Shown: positions 10,253-19,579, numbered from the stretch's first letter. The stretch is 64,000 nt of DNA from Candidatus Lustribacter sp. (GCA_965277805.1 OZ255842.1:5248001-5312000), one strand, 5' to 3'. The notes: generated from the letters alone by a model not told the origin. Numbers and translations: made by a program.

Positions 10253-10575
10253 TCGCGTACGGCCCCGGAAAGATCGGTCAGGGCTTCGGCGCGGCTTTCG
10301 AAAATGCGAAACGCGTGTCCGAGCCCTGCGTATTGGATCAGGCGCGCGAACTGTTTGCTGCCGATCACGATCGCGACCGGTACGTTGCGTTCGGCGGCGG
10401 CTTCGCGAAAGCGCAGCATCTCGGCGAGCGAACTCGAATCGGCGTAGGTAACCTCGGAGAAATCGAGCAGCACGGCGGCTTCGTCGCCGCTGACGACGAG
10501 CGCTTGTGCGATCTCGGCGCGGCGGCCGATCTCGAGTTCGCCGCTCAAGCGGATGACGGCAATCGACTTGCTCAT
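10249..10575 (-). CDS. STAS-domain anti-sigma factor antagonist (RsbV-like)
   Basis: LSGELEI and LDFSEVTYADSSSLA (phospho-Ser motif). Confidence 0.85.
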   Translation of the reverse strand: MSKSIAVIRLSGELEIGRRAEIAQALVVSGDEAAVLLDFSEVTYADSSSLAEMLRFREAAAERNVPVAIVIGSKQFARLIQYAGLGHAFRIFESRAEALTDLSGAVRE

Positions 10576-12080
10576 CAGGCTACCTTCCTGGCGAGCCGTT
10601 CTTGCGGATCGCCGTGCCGCACCGCCAGCCGTCCGGAGAATGCGGTCTGCGCGTTGTCGGCGGAGACGCGAACGCCGAGTGCCGGATCCGCGGCGAAGCC
10701 GATCGTGAGAATGGCGACGTCGTCGCCGACCGCGCGGCCGTCGAAGACGGTGTCGCGGATGAACGTTGCGGGATCGGGCGGGGCGGAGCGCGCAGCGTCG
10801 GCCGCCGCGGCCAGCAGGATCGCTTCGCCTTCGATCACGTCGCGCGAATGCTCGATAGCGCCGTCGGTGTAGAGCACGAGCATGGCGCCGGGAACGCTCT
10901 GGACCCGGTGCGTGACGTAGTCGTTGTCGTGCATCGCACCGAGCGGCAGCGAACCGAACTCGAGCATGCGCGGGGGCCGGCCGGGCTCGATCAGGACCGG
11001 CGGCGGATGACCCGCCGACGCGTAAACGAATTCGTAAGTGTTGGCATCGGCGTAACCGGCGACAGCGGTGACGAGCGGCGCCTTGCCGGCGTAGACTTCG
11101 CGGGCGACGCGCGCCAAGAGCGGCGCCGGCGTCGGATCGAGCAGCGCCGATGAGATCAGCGCTTGGCGGACGCGATTCATCGTCACGGCCGCGTCGATGC
11201 CGTGACCGGTGACATCGCCGATCGCGAAGAGCACGCGGTTCCCGGGTAATTCGAGCGCATCGTACCAGTCGCCGCCGACGCGAGTTTCTTCGGTCGCCGG
11301 AACGTAGGTGGCACTGAAGCGGAACGTCGGATGCGTCGGCAGCGGGCGTTGCGCGAACGCGTCCTGCAGCGTATCGGCGATGCGCTTCTCGGTGACGTAG
11401 GCCGCGCGCAGCACCTCCGCTTCGCGCTCGCGCGCTTCGGCCGCGGCGCGCTCGCGTTCGACGCGTTCGGCCAGTGCGGCTTGCTGGACGGCGTACAGCA
11501 GGGAGATGAGCAGCACGAGTGCGACCGCGCCGCCGGTCAGTAAGCTGATATGATCGATCGCTTGCGCGGCTTCTGCGGTGACGCTCGCTTCACGCTGGGT
11601 GAGCATGCCGTCGATCGTTGCGACATCGCCGCGAAACCGGTCCACCAGCTGCTTGCCGTGCTGCTCGATCGCGTCGGTGTTGCCCCGAGCGGCTATCAGC
11701 GGCTGGGCGACCGTACGCAAGTAGGCGGCATTTAAGGAAATCATGTCGTCAACGGCGGCGGTGACCTTCAGGTCGTAGAATTCGGCGGCTTCGGCGCGTA
11801 ATTGCGCCACGGTGGCCGGGAATGGTTTCAACGCTTCGTAGTACGGCTGCAAGAACACCCGGTTGTGGGTGGCAGCGTAGCCGCGCACCCCCGTTTCTTC
11901 GTCGAGCATATACCGTAGGCTGCCGTAAGCCAAGCCGCGTGTCGTCGCGAGATCGGCTGCCGTCTTGAACGACTGGCTGATGACGGTGCGGACGTAGAAT
12001 CCGCCGCCCACCAGTAGAATGATGACGACCGCAGCGTACACGGCGGCAAGGATCAGCTCTCGACGGCGATTGTTCCCCAC
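10575..12080 (-). CDS. Membrane CHASE3-like sensor with a SpoIIE/RsbU PP2C phosphatase domain
   Basis: Two TM segments; LDEETGVRGY..FLQPY (CHASE3-like); VGGDWYD, IGDVTGHG, SAGHPPP, LYTDG, DDVAIL. Start taken as GTG 12080. Confidence 0.85.
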   Translation of the reverse strand: MGNNRRRELILAAVYAAVVIILLVGGGFYVRTVISQSFKTAADLATTRGLAYGSLRYMLDEETGVRGYAATHNRVFLQPYYEALKPFPATVAQLRAEAAEFYDLKVTAAVDDMISLNAAYLRTVAQPLIAARGNTDAIEQHGKQLVDRFRGDVATIDGMLTQREASVTAEAAQAIDHISLLTGGAVALVLLISLLYAVQQAALAERVERERAAAEAREREAEVLRAAYVTEKRIADTLQDAFAQRPLPTHPTFRFSATYVPATEETRVGGDWYDALELPGNRVLFAIGDVTGHGIDAAVTMNRVRQALISSALLDPTPAPLLARVAREVYAGKAPLVTAVAGYADANTYEFVYASAGHPPPVLIEPGRPPRMLEFGSLPLGAMHDNDYVTHRVQSVPGAMLVLYTDGAIEHSRDVIEGEAILLAAAADAARSAPPDPATFIRDTVFDGRAVGDDVAILTIGFAADPALGVRVSADNAQTAFSGRLAVRHGDPQERLARKVA

Positions 12081-12137
12081 GGCGCCGCTTCTTTCGGGGC
12101 CGAAGTATTTCGGCCTGGAAGTGCCGAACCGGCCTTC

Positions 12138-12398
12138 ATGTCGACCGCGCCCGACGCGCTCGCCACGCCGAGCATCGACGCCCTTGTGGGCGAGATGATC
12201 GCGACGTTGGCGCTCGCTGCGAACGCTTACCTCGATCCGAAGGACGGCCCGTCCGATATCGACGCGGCAGCCCTGGCCTGCGATGTCGCGGGCCTCGCGT
12301 TCGAGCGAATAGCGCCCAGGTTGAGGGCCGAGGAGCGAGCCGGCTTGGCCGGGTTGCTCACGCAAATTCGTCTGACCATTGTCAAGAAGCGAGGCTAG
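12138..12398 (+). CDS. Small helical protein, DUF1844-like
   Basis: 86-aa ORF; pattern LA..A.AYL...D..AA....D...L...ER..L..LL.QIRL recalled as DUF1844-like. Confidence 0.55.
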   Translation: MSTAPDALATPSIDALVGEMIATLALAANAYLDPKDGPSDIDAAALACDVAGLAFERIAPRLRAEERAGLAGLLTQIRLTIVKKRG

Positions 12399-12444
12399 CC
12401 ATGCCTCGCTTCTTCGTCTCTCCCGGCCTCATCCGAGGGAAATC

Positions 12445-12978
12445 GTGAACGACGTCCTGGTCCTGAACTTTACCTACGAAGCCCTGAACATCACCACGTT
12501 CCAGCGAGCGGTGAAGCTGATCTTTTCGGGCAAGGCCGAGGTCGTCCATGGCCGCGACCACCGCCTGGCCTCACCGACGTTCGAGATGCGGATGCCCTCG
12601 ATCATCCGCATGCTCTACTACATCCGCCGCCCGATGCAGAAGGTCGCGCTGACCAAGAAGAACATCTTGCTGCGAGACAACTACGAGTGCCAGTACTGCG
12701 GCCTCAAGGGCGAGCGGATGATGACGGTCGACCACGTGCACCCGCGAAGTAAGGGCGGCCCGTCGACCTGGGAAAATCTGGTCTGCGCCTGCATGCGCTG
12801 CAATAACCGCAAGAACAACCGCACGCCCGAGCACGCCAACATGCTCCTCAAGCGCAAGCCAAAAGCGCCGAAGTATATACCGTGGATACGCGTGAAGCGC
12901 AACACCCTGCCGGGGGAGTGGCACAAGTTCTTGTTCCTCTACAACGTCTCGATCGACGAGCACGTGGAGAGTTCGTGA
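12445..12978 (+). CDS. HNH endonuclease (McrA-like)
   Basis: VLVLN N-terminus, RDNYECQYCG, TVDHVHPRSKGG, WENLVCACMRCNNRK; GAGGGA RBS before GTG 12445. Confidence 0.92.
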   Translation: MNDVLVLNFTYEALNITTFQRAVKLIFSGKAEVVHGRDHRLASPTFEMRMPSIIRMLYYIRRPMQKVALTKKNILLRDNYECQYCGLKGERMMTVDHVHPRSKGGPSTWENLVCACMRCNNRKNNRTPEHANMLLKRKPKAPKYIPWIRVKRNTLPGEWHKFLFLYNVSIDEHVESS

Positions 12979-13000
12979 CGGCCCTCCCGGAGGGACGCTA

Positions 13001-13378
13001 ATCGAAGAGCCGGCGGCCTTCGGCGACCTCGATTTCGGCGAGGAGCCGCTCGCGTTCGAGACCCTGGAAGACAGCCCGGTCGCTCCCGTCGCTCCCGCTC
13101 GTCCCGGCGCTCGCAGCAGTGCGGGCGCTCACACCGAGTCCGAGGTACCCCCGCCGGTCGCGCCGGAAACGGCCGCCGCGACGTCGAGCGGAATCGCTTA
13201 TATTACGGTGACGGACGCGGCCGGACGGGTGCTTTTCCGCCGCGCCGCGACCCCCAACGAGGTCGCCGACGCGCTCCGCTCGGCCGACTCGGCCCAAGCC
13301 GAGGGGGAGGCGGCGATGGATCGCATCTCGTACGAGAGGTTGTACTCCGAACTCAACGCAGCCCCCAAGAATCTGTAG
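13001..13378 (+). CDS. Hypothetical 125-aa protein with an apparent non-canonical ATC start (not in the ORF track)
   Basis: Open frame IEEPAAFGDLDFGEEPLAFE...YERLYSELNAAPKNL* with GC-rich third positions. GGAGGG lies 6 nt before the ATC, and there is no in-frame ATG/GTG/TTG back to the stop at 12893. Confidence 0.55.
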   Translation: MEEPAAFGDLDFGEEPLAFETLEDSPVAPVAPARPGARSSAGAHTESEVPPPVAPETAAATSSGIAYITVTDAAGRVLFRRAATPNEVADALRSADSAQAEGEAAMDRISYERLYSELNAAPKNL

Positions 13379-13390
13379 GGAGATCCCCGC

Positions 13391-13741
13391 GTGATCCGTC
13401 GCGTAGACCGACCGTCGCTTCCGGCCCGCAAACTCGGGCTACGGAAGCGTGCTGCGAGTCTCACGTCGTTCGAAGAGTCGAAGAATCCCGAGCTCGCCTT
13501 GGCCTACTCGAACGGTTTCGTGACCGTCGAGATCTCGCACGACGCGCTCGACCGGTACGTCGAGGAGTACGGCGACGTTCCGTTGCCGCTGCGGACCGAC
13601 CAGGAAAACGGCGACAAGCGCGTGTTCGACGCCAAGCACAACGTGCGGGTGATCTACGACCGGGACGCCCACCTGCGCGAGGTCAACACGCGCAGCCGCG
13701 AAGGCCTCCACGTTCGCATCAACTTCCCCCGCGCCAGCTAG
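13391..13741 (+). CDS. Hypothetical protein
   Basis: 116-aa ORF with a GGGAG RBS and coding-like codon use; no family recognised. Confidence 0.7.
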   Translation: MIRRVDRPSLPARKLGLRKRAASLTSFEESKNPELALAYSNGFVTVEISHDALDRYVEEYGDVPLPLRTDQENGDKRVFDAKHNVRVIYDRDAHLREVNTRSREGLHVRINFPRAS

Positions 13742-13747
13742 TCTTTA

Positions 13748-13756
13748 TGCTATAAT
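13748..13756 (+). promoter_or_regulatory. Extended -10 promoter (TGcTATAAT)
   Basis: Perfect TGnTATAAT in a high-GC context, 10 nt before GTG 13767. Confidence 0.65.
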
Positions 13757-13766
13757 CGCCCGCGTT

Positions 13767-15290
13767 GTGATCACGCGGGCCGCCGAGGCGGCAACTCGCT
13801 CCGGACTCGATCATACGCGCGCACCGTACTTCCAAGTCCTCTTGGACTACGTGGATGCGGGCGTCATTCCGTTCCACACCCCGGGCCACAAGCAGGGCAT
13901 CGGGATGGAGCGCGCCTTCCGGGACTTCGTCGGCGACAACGTGCTCGCGATCGATCTCACGCAGATCCGCGGCCTCGACGATCTCTTGCAGCCCGAGGGT
14001 CCGCTCGTCGAGGCCCAAGAGCTCGCGGCCGACGCGTTCGGCGCCGAGCACACGTTCTTCTTGATCAACGGCTCGACCAGCGGCAACCAGTGCATGATGA
14101 TGTCCGCGCTCAACCCGGGCGAGAAGATCGCGATCCCGCGCAACTCGCACAAGAGCGCGATGGGCGGCTTGATCATGAGCGGCGGCTATCCGGTGTGGAT
14201 GAAGCCGGAGGTCGATGAAGAGCTGCACATGGACCACACCGTCACGCCGCAGACGGTGCGCGAAACGCTGCAGGCCCACCCGGACATCAAGGCCGTGTAC
14301 GTCGTCAGCCCGACATACTACGGCGTGGCGGCCGACCTTGCCGGCATCGCCGCGGTCGCGCACGAGTACGACGTTCCGCTGCTCGTCGACGAGGCGTGGG
14401 GACCGCACTTCCACTTTCATCCGGCGCTGCCGGTGTCCGCGATGGAAGCGGGCGCCGACATGTGCATCAACTCGACGCACAAGATGCTCGGCTCGCTTTC
14501 GCAGACGGCGATGCTGCACGTGCAGGGCACGCGCATCAAGCTCGACCGGCTGAAAGCGGTGTACAAACTCTTCCTCTCCACGTCGCCCAACCTCGTGCTG
14601 GTGGCCTCGCTCGACGTCGCGCGGCGCCAGATGGCGCTGGACGGTCCGGCCTTGCTCTCGCGCACGATCGAGATCGCGAACGACGCCCGCCGCCGGCTCA
14701 ACGACATCCCCAACGTCTATTGCTTCGGCGAGGAACTCGAAGGCCGGCCCGGCGTATTCGACCTCGATCCGACGAAGGTGACGATTACCGTCAAACGGCT
14801 CGGCTACACCGGCTACGAAGCCGAAGAAATTTTGCGCCGGCGTTACAATGTGCAGTGCGAACTCGCCGACCTGTTCAACACGCTCGCGCTGTTCACGATC
14901 GGCACCACACCCGATGCCGCCGACGAACTGGTATACGGCGTGCGCGAGCTCTCGCGCGAAGATCGCCCGCTCGACATCTTCTCGCCCTCGGGCGTGCTCG
15001 ACGCGCGCATCAAGCGCGGCACCTACAAACTGCCGCGCATTCCGCCCTTGCGCATTTTACCGCGCGAAGCGTTTCTAGCGCGCACCGAATTCGTGCCGTT
15101 CAAGAAGAGCGCGGGCCGGATCTGCGCCGAGGTGATCACGCCGTATCCGCCCGGGATTCCGGTCATCTCACCGGGCGAAGAAATCACGCGCGAGATCATC
15201 TCGTATTTGGAGCTCGAGAAGAAGGCCGGCGTCCGGATGCAAGGCCCCTACGACGGCGACCTAAAGCAAATCCGCGTCGTCGTCGAGTAG
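13767..15290 (+). CDS. PLP-dependent Orn/Lys/Arg decarboxylase (SpeA/YaaO type)
   Basis: FHTPGHKQG, FLINGSTSGN, RNSHKS, VDEAWG, STHKMLGSLSQ, STSP, PYPPGIP. Confidence 0.92.
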   Translation: MITRAAEAATRSGLDHTRAPYFQVLLDYVDAGVIPFHTPGHKQGIGMERAFRDFVGDNVLAIDLTQIRGLDDLLQPEGPLVEAQELAADAFGAEHTFFLINGSTSGNQCMMMSALNPGEKIAIPRNSHKSAMGGLIMSGGYPVWMKPEVDEELHMDHTVTPQTVRETLQAHPDIKAVYVVSPTYYGVAADLAGIAAVAHEYDVPLLVDEAWGPHFHFHPALPVSAMEAGADMCINSTHKMLGSLSQTAMLHVQGTRIKLDRLKAVYKLFLSTSPNLVLVASLDVARRQMALDGPALLSRTIEIANDARRRLNDIPNVYCFGEELEGRPGVFDLDPTKVTITVKRLGYTGYEAEEILRRRYNVQCELADLFNTLALFTIGTTPDAADELVYGVRELSREDRPLDIFSPSGVLDARIKRGTYKLPRIPPLRILPREAFLARTEFVPFKKSAGRICAEVITPYPPGIPVISPGEEITREIISYLELEKKAGVRMQGPYDGDLKQIRVVVE

Positions 15291-15301
15291 CCCCGCCCCC
15301 G

Positions 15302-15326
15302 TGTCATCCCGAGCTTGTCGAGGGAC
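15302..15326 (+). repeat. REP-like element, copy 1
   Basis: TGTCATCCCGAGCTTGTCGAGGGAC. Confidence 0.85.
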
Positions 15327-16767
15327 CACCACCCAACGGTAACCACTGCCGCCCGGTGCTCGCGAGCAACGCGGTCGCCGCATCCGGGCCCGCGCCACCC
15401 GGCGCGTACTGCGGTAGCGCATCGTGCGAATTGCCCCACGCTTCCAGCACCGGCGCAACAGCCGACCAGCTCGCGTCGACCATGTCTTCGCGCTGGAACA
15501 GCAGCTGGTTGCCGTTCATCAAGTGATACAGCAGCGTTTCGTAACCGACGGCCGGCGGTTCTTCGAAGAAGTCTTTGTAGTTGAAGGACGTCCGTGCCTC
15601 ACCGGTTTCCAAGACCGGGCCTGGTTTTTTCGCTTGGAACGTGGCGCTGAAACCCTGATCGGGCGCGATGCCCAGCGTGAACACGTTGCCGGCTTTGAAC
15701 AGGATCGCGATCGTGGTGACATGACGCGCGAGCCGTTTGCCCGTGCGCACGTAGAACGGCACGCCGTTCCAGCGATGATTGTCGATTTGTACGGCGAGCG
15801 CAGCGAACGTTTCGGTGTGCGAATCGCGCGCGACGTTTTCCTCATCGCGATACGCGCGCACCGCTTTGCCGTCCATCGTCCCGGCCGCGTACTGACCGCG
15901 CGCGGCGTCCTCCGGCGCGATCGGGCGGATCGCTTTTAGAAGTTCGACCTTTGCATCGCGCACGTCTTCCGCATCGAACGAACGCGGCGCTTCCATCGCG
16001 GTCATCGTGAGCAAGCTGAAGAGATGGTTGGGGACCATGTCGCGCAGCGCGCCGGTCGCTTCGTAGAACTTGCCGCGGTCTTCGACGCCGAGCGTTTCGG
16101 CGGCCGTGATCTGAACCGAGTCGATGTGCTCGCGCGACCACATCGGCTCGAAGATGCCGTTCTTGAAGCGCAGCGGCATGATGCCTTGCACGGGCTCTTT
16201 GCCGAGGAAGTGATCGACGCGGTAGATCTGCGGTTCCGACGCAACCTTCAACAAGCGGCCGTTGAGCGCGCGCGCCGACGGCAAGTCGGAGCCGAACGGT
16301 TTTTCGACCGCCAACCGGCGGAACGCCCCGTCCGTTTCTTTGAGCAACCCGGCTCGGCCCAGGCCCTCCGCGATCGTCGCGAAGAAGCGCGGTGAAACGG
16401 CGAGATAGAAGATCGCGTTGCCGCTGATGCGATCCTTAAGCTTGTCGTAACCATCGCTCTGCTCGAAGTCGAACACGGTGTATTCGAGCCGTTGCGTTAC
16501 CCAGCCCCAGGTGGCCTCATCGATGTGGTCGGGGTGGAACTCGGCGCCCGCGGCCTTGGTGAAGCTTTGCAGCGCATCGTTGAGTTCGCCGCTCCAGCTC
16601 GCGACCGTGCGATCGTTGTGGTCGAGCCCGATGATCTTCGTGCCGTCGTCGAGCATTTTGCTGCCGGCGAGGTTGTAGATCGCCGGCATCAACAGGCGTT
16701 TGGTCAGATCGCCGACCGCGCCGAAAATACAGATCGTGCACGGCGGCGCGGGCTTGGGAGTACTCAC
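15304..16767 (-). CDS. zwf: Glucose-6-phosphate 1-dehydrogenase
   Basis: IFGAVGDLTKRLL, VEKPFG, RVDHFLGKE, GALRDMVPNH, RWNGVPFYVRTGK. Start taken as GTG 16767. Confidence 0.95.
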   Translation of the reverse strand: MSTPKPAPPCTICIFGAVGDLTKRLLMPAIYNLAGSKMLDDGTKIIGLDHNDRTVASWSGELNDALQSFTKAAGAEFHPDHIDEATWGWVTQRLEYTVFDFEQSDGYDKLKDRISGNAIFYLAVSPRFFATIAEGLGRAGLLKETDGAFRRLAVEKPFGSDLPSARALNGRLLKVASEPQIYRVDHFLGKEPVQGIMPLRFKNGIFEPMWSREHIDSVQITAAETLGVEDRGKFYEATGALRDMVPNHLFSLLTMTAMEAPRSFDAEDVRDAKVELLKAIRPIAPEDAARGQYAAGTMDGKAVRAYRDEENVARDSHTETFAALAVQIDNHRWNGVPFYVRTGKRLARHVTTIAILFKAGNVFTLGIAPDQGFSATFQAKKPGPVLETGEARTSFNYKDFFEEPPAVGYETLLYHLMNGNQLLFQREDMVDASWSAVAPVLEAWGNSHDALPQYAPGGAGPDAATALLASTGRQWLPLGGGPSTSSG

Positions 16768-16835
16768 TCCCCGTTCTTTCACCCAAACCCCCGGGGCCAA
16801 ACGGAAAACGCCGTGCAGCCGTTCAAGCAATCGGG

Positions 16836-17621
16836 ATGGCTACTCAGACGTTGATTTTCGAGCGGCACGGCGCCGAGGCACTGCACGCCGATGTCTATCT
16901 GCCGGAGCAGGCTGCGCCGGCACCGGTCGTGATCGCGATTCACGGCGGCGGCTGGAAAGGGGGCGTCCGCAAGGCCTACCAGTATCTGGGGCCGTTGCTC
17001 GCGGGCCGCGGATACGCGCTGCTGGCGATCGATTATCGCCTCGTGCACCGCGAGCAGAACCGCTATCCGGCGGCGCTCGATGACGTGCGCAGCGCGATGC
17101 GTTACGTGCGCGAACACGCGGGCGAACTCAACGTCGATCCGGCCCGCATGGTGCTGCTCGGCGATTCCGCCGGCGGCCATCTCGCGGCGCTGGCCGGCCT
17201 CACGGAACGGCCGCAGCCTAAGGCCGTCGTCGGCGTTTTCGGCGTGTACGATCTCGTCGCGCAGTGGCAGCACGACCTGGTTTCGCGCCCGCACGACAAC
17301 ATCAGCAGCGCGTTTCTCGGCGTCTCGCCGGCCGATAACCGCCAACTGTATTTCGACGCCTCACCGATCAGTCACGTCATCACGGCGAACAACGGTCCGG
17401 CGTTCTTGCTCGCGTGGGGCACGCACGACGACATCGTCGATCCCACGCAGTCCGAAGCGTTTCTGCTGGCCCTCAAACAGGCCGGCTATTACGCGCGCAC
17501 GGTCGTACAACACGCCGGCCACTACTGGATCGGCGACCCGCTCGACGAGCCCGGCAGTCACGCCGGCCATTTCGCGGCGCGTCTGCTGCGCTTTTTGGAC
17601 GACCGTCTCGGTGTGGCTTAG
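16836..17621 (+). CDS. Alpha/beta hydrolase (HSL-family esterase)
   Basis: IHGGGW, IDYRL, GDSAGG. Confidence 0.9.
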   Translation: MATQTLIFERHGAEALHADVYLPEQAAPAPVVIAIHGGGWKGGVRKAYQYLGPLLAGRGYALLAIDYRLVHREQNRYPAALDDVRSAMRYVREHAGELNVDPARMVLLGDSAGGHLAALAGLTERPQPKAVVGVFGVYDLVAQWQHDLVSRPHDNISSAFLGVSPADNRQLYFDASPISHVITANNGPAFLLAWGTHDDIVDPTQSEAFLLALKQAGYYARTVVQHAGHYWIGDPLDEPGSHAGHFAARLLRFLDDRLGVA

Positions 17622-18526
17622 CGCCCTTTGAGCGCGAGCAGTTCGCGCGTCTGATCCGGCGTCGCGACCTCGAGCGACAGCAGCTCGAGGATGCCGCGGA
17701 TGCGCCGCACCTGCGCCGCGTTCGTTTCGGCCAACGTGCCCTTGCCGTCCCAGAGCGAATCCTCGAGACCGACGCGTACGTTGCCGCCCATCGCGGCGGC
17801 GCGCGTGGCGACGGGAATCTGGTGGCGGCCCGCGCCTAACACCGACCACACGTAATCGCCGCCGAACAGACGGTCGGCCGTGCGCCGCATGTGCGCGACG
17901 TCTTCGGGATGCGCACCGATGCCGCCGCGGATGCCGAACACCGACTGGATGAACAACGGCGGTTTGATCAGGCCGCGTTCGAGAAAGTGCGCGGCCGTGT
18001 AGAGGTGACCGATGTCGTAGCACTCCATCTCGAAGCGCGTGCCGTTGGCGCCGCACGATTCGAGAATGTAGCGAATGTCGCGAAACGTGTTGCGGAAAAC
18101 CGCGTCCTCGCTGCCTGCCAGATACGCCCGCTCCCATTCGTGCGCAAACGTTTTGTAGCGATCGAGCATTTCGTAGAGGCCGAAGTTCATCGAGCCCATG
18201 TTGAGCGACGCGATCTCGGGCTTGAACAGCAGCGCCGGCTGCAAGCGTTCCTCGACCGTCATCGTCATCGCGCCGCCGGTGGTGATGTTGATGACGACGT
18301 TGGAACGGGCCGCGATCTCGGGTAAGAATTGTTCGAAGAGTGCGGGGTCTTGCGATGGCCGGCCGTCGGCCGGCGAGCGGGCGTGCAGGTGAACGATCGA
18401 TGCGCCGGCCTCGGCCGCGCCGACGGCAGCTTCGGCAATCTGCGCCGGCGTGATCGGCAAGTAGGGCGACATCGACGGCGTGTGGATCGAACCCGTCACG
18501 GCGCAAGTGACGATAACGTTGCTCAC
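17618..18526 (-). CDS. Beta-keto acid cleavage enzyme (BKACE/DUF849)
   Basis: TCAVTGSIHTPSMSPYLP, IVHLHAR, ASLNMGSMNF, RVGLED. Confidence 0.9.
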   Translation of the reverse strand: MSNVIVTCAVTGSIHTPSMSPYLPITPAQIAEAAVGAAEAGASIVHLHARSPADGRPSQDPALFEQFLPEIAARSNVVINITTGGAMTMTVEERLQPALLFKPEIASLNMGSMNFGLYEMLDRYKTFAHEWERAYLAGSEDAVFRNTFRDIRYILESCGANGTRFEMECYDIGHLYTAAHFLERGLIKPPLFIQSVFGIRGGIGAHPEDVAHMRRTADRLFGGDYVWSVLGAGRHQIPVATRAAAMGGNVRVGLEDSLWDGKGTLAETNAAQVRRIRGILELLSLEVATPDQTRELLALKGR

Positions 18527-18580
18527 CGGGCGGGCTTCTCTGCCGAGGTAGGTCCGGCCCGGCGGCGGAAATCGGTGCGC

Positions 18581-19579
18581 ATGAAAACGGTAGCGCTCGG
18601 CAAGCAAGGGTTGAAGGTCTCGGCGATGGGCCTGGGCTGCATGATGATCGCGGGCCACTACGGCCCCTCGGATGCCGACGAATCGCAGCGCGTCATCGAC
18701 GCGGCCCTCGACGGCGGGATCACGCTCTTCGATACCGCCGACGTCTACGGCGGTTCGCAGAACGAAGTGTTCGTCGGCAAGGCACTGGCCAAGGTGCGCG
18801 AGCGCGTCCAGATCGCGACCAAATTCGGGTTCACCCGGCCCGGCGGCGGCGGCAAAGGCCCCGGCGGCGGCGCGAGCGGCGCCATGGGCGTCGACGGCTC
18901 ACCCAAGCACGTCCACGAAGCGTGCGATGCATCGCTCGGACGCCTAGGCATCGAGACAATCGACCTGTACTACCTGCACCGGGTCGATCCGAAAGTGCCG
19001 ATCGAAGAGACGGTCGGCGCCATGGCAGACCTCGTGAAGGCCGGCAAAGTGCGCTACCTCGGACTCTCCGAAGTCGCCGAAGCGACGCTGCGCCGCGCGC
19101 ACAAGATCCATCCGATCACGGCCGTACAGAACGAATATTCACCGTGGTCGCGCGAGCCGGAAAAATTGTTCGGCACGCTGGACGAACTCGGTGTCGGTTT
19201 GGTCGCATACAGCCCACTGGGCCGCGGCTTCTTCACCGGCACGATCAATTCGTATGAAGAGATCGCCGATAACGATAATCGTAAGGGCTATCCGCGCTAC
19301 AAAGCTTTCGAAGAGAATCGTCCGATCATCGACGGCTTCAAGGCGATCGCCGAACGGCGCGGCTGCTCGCCGGCGCAGCTCGCGCTGGCTTTCGTCATGA
19401 CGAAACGGCCGGGAACGGTGCCGATTCCGGGCACGAAACACGTGAAGCACATGCTCGATAATCTGGCTGCGGCCGATATCGTACTCTCGCCGGCCGAGGT
19501 TGCCGAGATCGACAACATCGTTGCGAGCGTACCGGTGGTCGGCGAGCGATATGCGGATACGACGCTGCTCCAGGCTTAA
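18581..19579 (+). CDS. Aldo/keto reductase
   Basis: GLGCM, FDTADVYG, IATKFG, IDLYYLHRVD, YSPLGRG, PIPGT. Confidence 0.93.
   Translation: MKTVALGKQGLKVSAMGLGCMMIAGHYGPSDADESQRVIDAALDGGITLFDTADVYGGSQNEVFVGKALAKVRERVQIATKFGFTRPGGGGKGPGGGASGAMGVDGSPKHVHEACDASLGRLGIETIDLYYLHRVDPKVPIEETVGAMADLVKAGKVRYLGLSEVAEATLRRAHKIHPITAVQNEYSPWSREPEKLFGTLDELGVGLVAYSPLGRGFFTGTINSYEEIADNDNRKGYPRYKAFEENRPIIDGFKAIAERRGCSPAQLALAFVMTKRPGTVPIPGTKHVKHMLDNLAAADIVLSPAEVAEIDNIVASVPVVGERYADTTLLQA

Noticed and set aside
18837-18882. Duplicated CCCGGCGGCGGCG in the aldo/keto reductase gene
   Set aside because: An in-frame Gly-rich loop in a variable region, with no sign of a wider system.
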